Assembly: GCA_963820525.1 (NCBI GenBank)
Contig: CAWGAA010000001.1
Span: 1,408,001 to 1,472,000, forward strand
DNA: 64,000 nt
From: an uncultured Spirochaetota bacterium
GTDB taxonomy: Bacteria; Spirochaetota; Spirochaetia; SZUA-6; Fen-1364
Direction of reading: 5' to 3'
Both the position numbers and the translations under genes were made by a program. Below the pieces are notes generated by a model that searched no databases, was not told where the DNA came from, and was given only the letters and a program-made list of their open reading frames with translations. Shown here in pieces: positions 57,186 through 64,000 of this stretch (its first letter is position 1; each line of letters starts with the position of its first letter).

Positions 57186-57345
57186 ACGGTGCCTCCATTG
57201 TTCCGTCGCTGTCTCAAATGTACATATAACCGTGAAGCTGCGGCCCGAATGCGACGGCAGCGAGGAAACGCCGCGGGCTCACACGCTAGCGTTCTCCCTC
57301 CAGCAAGCGCGGCGGGCTTGCGCTCGGGACGGCAGGCGTTTGAAC

Positions 57346-58818
57346 CTACAGGGAGCGCCGCGGGCTCACGGCGGCCCGCTCAGCGCCCGCGGTGTTCTTG
57401 CGCTGGGGAGGCGCGTTTATCGGTCTTCCCCCCGCGGCGAGAGCCGCCTCCCGGACAACTTCGGGAAGGGAGGGATGGGCATGGACGATGCGCGCGATGT
57501 CCTCGCTCGCGCCGCCGAACGCCATGACGGCGACCGCCTCCGCTATCAGGTCCGAAGCAAAGGGCCCCACGATATGGACTCCCAGGAGCCTGTCCGTTTC
57601 GGCGTCCGCAAGCACCTTCACGAAGCCTTCCGGCTTGTCGAGAGCCAGGGCCCTCGCGTTGGCCCGAAAGACGAACGATCCGGAGACGAAGGGACGTCCC
57701 CCCTTCCGAAGCTCGTCCTCGGTCCGCCCCACGAACGCGGCCTCGGGCGAGGTGTACACCACCGATGGGATGGTGGCGTAATCCACCTGGCCCGCGAGAC
57801 CGGCGATGATTTCAGCCGCCGCGATCCCCTCGTCTTCCGCCTTGTGGGCGAGCATGGGGCCGTGAACGAGGTCCCCGATCGCGTAGATCCCCGCCACGCT
57901 GGTCTGGAGACGCTCATCCACCACGACGCGCCCGGCGGCGTCCCGCTGCACGCCGATCTGCTCCAGCCCGAGCCCCTCGGCGTACGGCTTCCTGCCCACG
58001 GCGACCAGCACTACGTCTCCCTCGAAGCTCATCTCTCCCCCCCGGGGATCACGCGCCATGAGGGTTACTCCGCTCTTGGCGGACCGGGCGCCGGAAACCG
58101 AGGTTGAGGTATGGATGACGAGCCCCTGGCGAACAAGAAGCCTCTGCAGGGTCTGCGAGACCTGGGAGTCCCAGCCAGGAAGAATCTGGGACATGAGCTC
58201 GATCACCGTCACCGCCGAGCCGAGCCTCCTCCAGACGCTTCCCATCTCAAGCCCGATGGCGCCGGCTCCGATTACCAGGAGCCTCTTGGGCACCGTCGGG
58301 AACGACAGCGCTTCGGTGGAGCTGACGATGCGCTTTCCGTCGAAGGGCAGGAAGGGAAGCTCCGTCGGAACGCTCCCCGTGGCGAGGATGAACGATGCCG
58401 CATCGAGTGTGGCGCCGGCTCCCTCTTCCACGGAGATCTCCACGCGCGTGGAGGAAAGGAGGCGGGCCGTCCCGTGAAACACCGCGATCCCGTTTTCCCG
58501 CATCAACAGGCTCACCCCATTGGTGAAGGTGCCGACGATCCCCTGCTTTCGTGTCATCATCGCGCCGAGGTCCAGGCCCACCGATCCGGCGCGGATGCCG
58601 TGGGGGGCAAGCCCTTCCCGCGCCGTGACGTACAGCTCGCTCGAGTCGAGGAGCGCCTTGGAGGGAATGCAGCCGATGTTGAGGCACGTGCCGCCGAGCG
58701 CGGCCTCCTTCTCCACGATGGCGGTCGACAGGCCGAGCTGCGCCGCGCGGATGGCCGCCACGTAGCCCCCGGGGCCGCTTCCGATGACAACCACGTCGAA
58801 CCGGTCGCTCTTCGGCAT
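57346..58818 (-). CDS. lpdA: Dihydrolipoyl dehydrogenase (E3)
   Basis: GSGPGGY, GGTCLNIGCIPSK and HAHPSLPE motifs. Confidence 0.96.
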   Translation of the reverse strand: MPKSDRFDVVVIGSGPGGYVAAIRAAQLGLSTAIVEKEAALGGTCLNIGCIPSKALLDSSELYVTAREGLAPHGIRAGSVGLDLGAMMTRKQGIVGTFTNGVSLLMRENGIAVFHGTARLLSSTRVEISVEEGAGATLDAASFILATGSVPTELPFLPFDGKRIVSSTEALSFPTVPKRLLVIGAGAIGLEMGSVWRRLGSAVTVIELMSQILPGWDSQVSQTLQRLLVRQGLVIHTSTSVSGARSAKSGVTLMARDPRGGEMSFEGDVVLVAVGRKPYAEGLGLEQIGVQRDAAGRVVVDERLQTSVAGIYAIGDLVHGPMLAHKAEDEGIAAAEIIAGLAGQVDYATIPSVVYTSPEAAFVGRTEDELRKGGRPFVSGSFVFRANARALALDKPEGFVKVLADAETDRLLGVHIVGPFASDLIAEAVAVMAFGGASEDIARIVHAHPSLPEVVREAALAAGGRPINAPPQRKNTAGAERAAVSPRRSL

Positions 58819-58821
58819 CGG

Positions 58822-60369
58822 CTACACCTCCAGGAGGAGACGGTCGGGATCTTCCACAAGCTCCTTCACGCGGCGAAGGAATGTCACCGCGTCCCGTCCG
58901 TCTATGAGCCTGTGGTCGTAGGTGAGCGCCACGTACATCATTGGCTTGATGACGATTCGCTCGTCACCCTTCGCCCTGTCTCCGGCCGCCATGGGCCGGC
59001 GCTGGATCGCGTGCATTCCCAGGATGGCCGTCTGCGGGTAGTTGGGAAGGGGCGTGGAAAGCAGTGAGCCGAACACCCCGCCGTTGGTGATCGTGAAGGT
59101 GCCCCCCGAAAGCTCATCGGGGAGGATCTTCCTTTCCCGCGCCCGCACCGCGATATCGGCCGTGATGGTTTCGAGCTCCGCGAGGCTCTTGTCGTCCGCG
59201 TCGCGGATGACGGGCACCAGGAGGCCGCGCTCGGTGGAGACGGCCACGCCGATATGGCAGGAATCGTTGTAGACCACCTCGTCTCCCTCGATCATCGCGT
59301 TGACCTCGGGAAGCTCCCTCAGCGCCAGGCAGCATGCCTTGACGAAGAACGACATGAAGCCGAGCTTCACCCCATGATCGCGCTCGAACTCATCGCGGTA
59401 GCGGCTTCGAAGGTCCATCACCTTCTCCATGTCGACCTCGTTGAAAGTGGTGAGGTAGGCCGTGTTCCGCTGGGCCTCCACAAGGCGCTCCGCGATGCGC
59501 TTCCTGATGGTAGAGAGGGGCACGCGCCTGCGGCCGGCTGCGCCCGGGGCCGCCTGCCTGCCCGCGGAGGGCGCTCTGGGCGCTGCCTGCCCGCCCGGAG
59601 CCTGCCGGCCCGTGGAAGGCGCGCCGGAAGCTTGGGACGCGGCGGATGGACCCGGGGCTTGGGGGCCGGCGGGCATTCCTGGGGCCGCTTGCGCGCCGGG
59701 GGCTTGGGGGCCGGCAGCTCTGTCTGCAGCTTCCCAGCCCAGCTCCTTGCTCCGGGGCGCCTGCCCGCCGGATACCCTGCCGCCGTTTCCGCCGGTGGCG
59801 CCGCGCCGCTTTCGGGCCGCGGCATTCACGGCGTCCTCCTTGGTGATGCGGCCGCCGCGGCCGGTGCCGGAGATCTCCTCGGCTGAGAGGCCGGCCTCTT
59901 CGGCGACGCGGCGGGCGGCAGGAGAGAGTGCGGGCTGCGCTTGCCCGAGGTCGGGCTCGGGCGCGGCGGGAGCGCGGCCTCCAGGGGGCTTTTGTTGCGG
60001 CGCGCGCTCTTGACGTGAGGGAACTTCGGGTACGCGCGCTTGAGGCGGCGGCACTTCAGGTGCGGGCTCCGGCGCGACGGCCGGAGCATCGGGGCGCGCT
60101 GGAGACGGCGGAGGGACGGAGACTCCCGCGCGGACATCCGTATCGATGAAACCGACCGACGCGCCGATCGCTATCTCGGTCCCTGCCGCCACATCGATGG
60201 AAAGGGCCCCCGAGGCGGGAGAGGGCACCGTCACGGTTGCCTTGTCGGTCTCGAGCTCGAAGAGGTCGCTGCCCTCCTCCACGTAGTCTCCCTGCGCCGA
60301 AAGCCAGGCGCTGAGGATACCCCGCGTCACCGACTCTCCGACTGATGGGACTTTAATCTCCTGCTTCAC
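58822..60369 (-). CDS. sucB: Dihydrolipoamide succinyltransferase (E2o)
   Basis: Lipoyl ETDK motif, E3-binding [22 protein letters not shown] and YDHRLIDG. Confidence 0.95.
   Translation of the reverse strand: MKQEIKVPSVGESVTRGILSAWLSAQGDYVEEGSDLFELETDKATVTVPSPASGALSIDVAAGTEIAIGASVGFIDTDVRAGVSVPPPSPARPDAPAVAPEPAPEVPPPQARVPEVPSRQERAPQQKPPGGRAPAAPEPDLGQAQPALSPAARRVAEEAGLSAEEISGTGRGGRITKEDAVNAAARKRRGATGGNGGRVSGGQAPRSKELGWEAADRAAGPQAPGAQAAPGMPAGPQAPGPSAASQASGAPSTGRQAPGGQAAPRAPSAGRQAAPGAAGRRRVPLSTIRKRIAERLVEAQRNTAYLTTFNEVDMEKVMDLRSRYRDEFERDHGVKLGFMSFFVKACCLALRELPEVNAMIEGDEVVYNDSCHIGVAVSTERGLLVPVIRDADDKSLAELETITADIAVRARERKILPDELSGGTFTITNGGVFGSLLSTPLPNYPQTAILGMHAIQRRPMAAGDRAKGDERIVIKPMMYVALTYDHRLIDGRDAVTFLRRVKELVEDPDRLLLEV
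59530..59720 (-). repeat. Degenerate tandem repeats in the SucB inner linker (GPQAPG/GRQAPG/QAAPG)
   Basis: The 17-mer GGGGCTTGGGGGCCGGC occurs exactly at 59654-59670 and 59699-59715, with further degenerate units nearby. Confidence 0.7.
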
Positions 60370-60380
60370 TTTCTCTCCCC

Positions 60381-63245
60381 TCAGGCGACGCTGTGCCTTC
60401 GGCGCCCCCTCGCGGCCGGCTCTTCCACGGCCGTCTCCTTCGCCGGACGCGCCTCCGGCAGCGCCGACGCCAGTATCTCGGCCTGCTCCCTCTGGTGCCG
60501 TGAATGGGACCCGGTGGCGGGGCTTGCGCTTTCCTCACGGCCGGTGTACTGGAGCTGGATGCCCTCGAAGAAGCGCTGGAAACGGTCCTTGACGAATACC
60601 CACGCCCCGCGGTTTCTCGGCTCCTCCTGAACCCATGCGACGCTTTCCACCCCGCGGCAGGAGTCGAGGATGCGGGCCAGGTCGTCCCGCGGGAACGGAT
60701 ACAGCTGCTCAAGCCGCACGATGGCGGTCTCGCCGCCCTTGATCTCATCCCGGCGGGCGGCGAGGTCGTAGTAGATCTTTCCGCTGCAGAAAAGCAGCCG
60801 ACGGGGATTCTCCGGCCGGCGCGGGTCGTCGAGCACCTCGCTGAACGACCCCTCGGAAAGCTCCTTCAGCGTCGAGACCGCCATGGGGTGGCGCAGCAGG
60901 CTCTTGGGCGTCATGACGATCAAGGGCTTCCTGAAGCTGCGCTTCACCTGCCGGCGCAGGAGGTGGAAGTATTGGGCGGGCGTGGAGCAGTTGACAACCT
61001 GCATGTTGTCGTCCGCGCACTGCATAAGGTAGCGCTCGAGATGGGCGCTGGAGTGCTCGGGCCCCTGGCCCTCGTAGCCGTGGGGCAGGAGCAGCACCAC
61101 CCCGCTCACCGTCCCCCACTTCGCCTCTCCGGCGGCCACGTAGTTGTCGATGATCACCTGCGCCCCGTTGGCGAAGTCCCCGAACTGCGCCTCCCACATC
61201 GCCAGGGCGTCCGGCATGCCCAGCGAGTAGCCGTACTCGAAGCCGAGGATGGAGTACTCGGTGAGAGGGCTGTCGTAGACGAGGAACTGGGACTGGCCGG
61301 GAGCCAGGTTGGCAAGCGGCGTATACGCCGAAGGGAGCGAGGTCTCCGTGTCCCACCAGATCAGATGCCTCTGGGAGAAGGTTCCCCGCGCGCTGTCCTG
61401 GCCGCTCAAGCGCACCGGTATTCCTTCCAGGGCAAGGGAGCCGAAGGCGAGCGCCTCGGCGAAGGCCCAATCCAGCGTTCCGTCCCTGGCCAGGCGCGCC
61501 GTCTTCTCGTCGAGGATCCGTTTCAGCTTGGCGTGGATGTGAAATCCCGGCGGCGGAGAAGTGATCTTTTCCGCGATCGTGCCGAGGGTCTCCTCGGAAG
61601 GCCCCGGGATCTTTTCTTCCCAGCGGTAGGTATTGGAGCTTTCCGGCCGGCTCCCGTTGCTTGCGCCGGCCGCCTGCGCCGCCCCTCCTGCCGAGGCAGG
61701 CGCTTGAACCGCCCGCGAGGCCTCGAGGGCGGAACGGAGGGAAGAGCGCCACTCGCGCCGCAGCTTTTCCGCGTCTTCCTTGCTCGCGATGCCCGCCTCC
61801 CGGCAGCGCTCCGCGTACAGCATGGCCTGGCTCTTCTTCTTCTCGATGATCTTGTACATGAGGGGGTGGGTGAAGGAGGGGTCGTCACCCTCGTTATGGC
61901 CGTACTTGCGGTAGCAGAAGATGTCGACCACCACGTCGCGCCCGAATGTCTGGCGGTAGCGAAGGGCGAGGTCCATCGTGTAGACCACGGCCTCCGGATC
62001 GTCGCCGTTCACGTGCAGGATGGGCACGGGAAGCATCTTTGCCACGTCGGTGGGGAAGAAGGTGGAGCGCGCGTCGCGCATGGATGTGGTGAACCCGATC
62101 TGGTTGTTGATGATGACGTGGATGGTGCCGCCGGTCTTGTACCCGCTCAGGGTGGAGAGGTTGAAGGTCTCCGCCACGACACCCTGGCCCGAGAAGGCCG
62201 CATCGCCGTGGAGGAGAATGGGCACGATGCGCTTCCTCTCCGTGTCCCCCTTCACCTTCTGGAGGGCGCGCGCCATCCCTTCCACGATGGGGTCCACGGA
62301 TTCGAGGTGGCTGGGATTGGCCACCAGGTTCACCCGCACCCGGCTGCCGTCGGGGCGGACATGATCCGTGATGTAGCCGAGGTGGTACTTCACGTCACCG
62401 CTTCCACCGTAGTCTCCCGGGGTCTCGTGGCCTTCGAACTCATTGAAAAGCTCGGCCAGGGGCTTGTTGAGGATCCGGTTGAGCACCGTGAGGCGGCCCC
62501 GATGGCTCATGCCCATGACGATCTGGCGGATGCCCAGCTCATGGGCGCTCTCCACGACGTGGTGCAGGGCGGGAATCACCACCTCGGCCCCTTCCAGCGA
62601 GAACCGCTTCTGCCCGATGAACGCCGTATGCATGAAATGCTCGAACTCTTCGGCGCGGATGAGATCTTCCAGGATCCCCTTCTTCTTCTGCGCATCGAAG
62701 GAGGGCTGGTTTCTGACCGCCTCCATACGCTGGATGAGCCACCGGCGGATCGGCTTGTTCTGGATATGGAGAAACTCCACCCCCACGGTGGAGCAGTAGG
62801 TCTCGCGCAGGGCCTTGACGATCTCGGAGAGCTTCATCCGGGACGGCTGCAGGGCGCGGCCGGCGGAGAACTCGGTCTCCAGGTCGGACTCGGACAGCCC
62901 GTACTCCTCCAGGGTGAGCTGCTCGTAGGTATGGGCGGGCTGGGCATAGTAGTTTCGCTGCTCCCCTTCGGCCGGAGAGAGCGGGTTCAGCCGCGCGTAC
63001 AGGTAGCCCACGTCGCGGTAGCCCCACACGAGGCTGTCCACCCGGCTCTGCTTGTACACGAGGTCCGAGGAGACAAGCCCGTCGCCGCCCGCCGTGGAAA
63101 CGCTCTCGACGAGGCGCCGCGCGCTTTCCTGGTCGCGGAAGAGCTCGGCCCACGAGGCATCCACGGAGTCCTTGTCGGTTTTCCAGGTCTCGTACAGCTC
63201 CTCGATGTACTGGAGATTCGCGGCCGAAAGCAAAGATCCATCCAT
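60381..63245 (-). CDS. sucA: 2-oxoglutarate dehydrogenase E1 component
   Basis: [36 protein letters not shown] and [13 protein letters not shown] motifs. Confidence 0.97.
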   Translation of the reverse strand: MDGSLLSAANLQYIEELYETWKTDKDSVDASWAELFRDQESARRLVESVSTAGGDGLVSSDLVYKQSRVDSLVWGYRDVGYLYARLNPLSPAEGEQRNYYAQPAHTYEQLTLEEYGLSESDLETEFSAGRALQPSRMKLSEIVKALRETYCSTVGVEFLHIQNKPIRRWLIQRMEAVRNQPSFDAQKKKGILEDLIRAEEFEHFMHTAFIGQKRFSLEGAEVVIPALHHVVESAHELGIRQIVMGMSHRGRLTVLNRILNKPLAELFNEFEGHETPGDYGGSGDVKYHLGYITDHVRPDGSRVRVNLVANPSHLESVDPIVEGMARALQKVKGDTERKRIVPILLHGDAAFSGQGVVAETFNLSTLSGYKTGGTIHVIINNQIGFTTSMRDARSTFFPTDVAKMLPVPILHVNGDDPEAVVYTMDLALRYRQTFGRDVVVDIFCYRKYGHNEGDDPSFTHPLMYKIIEKKKSQAMLYAERCREAGIASKEDAEKLRREWRSSLRSALEASRAVQAPASAGGAAQAAGASNGSRPESSNTYRWEEKIPGPSEETLGTIAEKITSPPPGFHIHAKLKRILDEKTARLARDGTLDWAFAEALAFGSLALEGIPVRLSGQDSARGTFSQRHLIWWDTETSLPSAYTPLANLAPGQSQFLVYDSPLTEYSILGFEYGYSLGMPDALAMWEAQFGDFANGAQVIIDNYVAAGEAKWGTVSGVVLLLPHGYEGQGPEHSSAHLERYLMQCADDNMQVVNCSTPAQYFHLLRRQVKRSFRKPLIVMTPKSLLRHPMAVSTLKELSEGSFSEVLDDPRRPENPRRLLFCSGKIYYDLAARRDEIKGGETAIVRLEQLYPFPRDDLARILDSCRGVESVAWVQEEPRNRGAWVFVKDRFQRFFEGIQLQYTGREESASPATGSHSRHQREQAEILASALPEARPAKETAVEEPAARGRRRHSVA

Positions 63246-63249
63246 AATA

Positions 63250-64000
63250 TTATGCTGCCCCTCCCGAGCGCCTCTTCAAAGCCTCCGCCATCATGCCGGG
63301 AAGCTGGTCCGGCCTGTCTGCAACCGGGACGCCGGCCTGGCGAAGGGCGTTCACCTTCTCCTCGGCGCCCCCGCGGCCGCCGGAGATGATGGCCCCCGCA
63401 TGGCCCATCCTCTTTTCCGGCGGGGCCGTGCGGCCCGAGATGAACGCCACAACCGGCTTCTTCATCGATTCCGAAATGAACCGCGCCGCCCTCTCCTCGT
63501 CGTCCCCGCCGATCTCTCCGATCAGGACCACCCCCTCGGTTCCCGCGTCCTTCTCGAAAAGGGAAAGAAGCTCGACGAAGCCCGTTCCAATGACGGGGTC
63601 TCCCCCCACTCCGATGCACGTGGACTGGCCCATGCCCGCCCGTGTGAGGGCCCATACGACCTCGTAGGTAAGGGTGCCGCTTCGCGAGATGACCCCGATC
63701 CCTCCAGGCTTGTGGATGCGTCCCGGCATGATGCCCACCTTGCATTCTCCCGGCGTTATCAGCCCGGGGCAGTTGGATCCGATCAATCTGCATCCCCTCT
63801 GGGAAAGATACTCAACGGCGCCGATCATCTCCAACACGGGGATTCCCTCCGTGATGCAGATGATAAGCGGAATGCGCGCGTCCGCGGCCTCGCGCAGCGC
63901 CGCCGGCGCGAAACGGGCGGGAACGAAGACCACGGCGCAGTCGGCGCCGGTCTTTTCCCTGGCCGCGGCCACCGTATCGAACACGGGGAGCCCCTCGAGG
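63250..64000 (-). CDS. sucD: Succinyl-CoA synthetase alpha subunit (5' end outside the window)
   Basis: [22 protein letters not shown] and RMGHAGA motifs. Confidence 0.95.
   Translation of the reverse strand, partial: LEGLPVFDTVAAAREKTGADCAVVFVPARFAPAALREAADARIPLIICITEGIPVLEMIGAVEYLSQRGCRLIGSNCPGLITPGECKVGIMPGRIHKPGGIGVISRSGTLTYEVVWALTRAGMGQSTCIGVGGDPVIGTGFVELLSLFEKDAGTEGVVLIGEIGGDDEERAARFISESMKKPVVAFISGRTAPPEKRMGHAGAIISGGRGGAEEKVNALRQAGVPVADRPDQLPGMMAEALKRRSGGAA

Noticed and set aside
60504..63389. 961-aa antisense ORF, and similar long antisense ORFs throughout the window
   Set aside because: These are shadow frames of GC-rich coding genes (here sucA) with no recognisable motifs.
1..64000. 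CRISPR arrays, tRNA/rRNA genes, IS elements, integrases, defence systems
   Set aside because: I recognised no regularly spaced repeats, RNA-gene signatures, or transposase, integrase or nuclease motifs by eye.

Overview
This is a GC-rich bacterial window, probably from a free-living Spirochaetia genome (inferred from 'FAxGxxE'-type solute-binding-protein signal peptides and the MCP, FHA and LuxR gene styles). It contains no rRNA, tRNA, CRISPR array, transposase or integrase that I can recognise. From left to right: (1) the 3' end of a glycosidase-like gene and several decayed gene fragments; (2) a ~10 kb sugar-acid catabolic regulon (TRAP DctP, metal-less M24 hydrolase, TctCBA, Gfo/Idh/MocA oxidoreductase, FadR-type GntR, KdgK, divergent Eda, D-2-hydroxyacid dehydrogenase) whose promoters share a heptamer operator, all inside a 13 kb segment bracketed by a 54-bp direct repeat of the first gene's 3' end; (3) the most interesting locus, cstA followed by two paralogous small proteins and two divergent ArsA/Get3-family ATPases with complementary degenerate active sites, flanked by a protein resembling the eukaryotic PAT-complex subunit CCDC47 and by a membrane TPR protein; (4) an AraC-controlled galactan locus (GH53, atypical GH65, PfkB, ABC transporter, GH42) with a duplicated 75-bp regulatory box; (5) a GH1/ABC/two-component locus; (6) URO-D-like protein, class II aldolase and FGGY kinase; (7) signalling and transport genes; (8) a small HTH protein with a histone-H1-like tail; (9) sucD-sucA-sucB-lpdA-gltA. 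Several genes are split by single-base homopolymer indels, which points to long-read assembly errors. All family assignments come from motif recognition by eye, not database searches.
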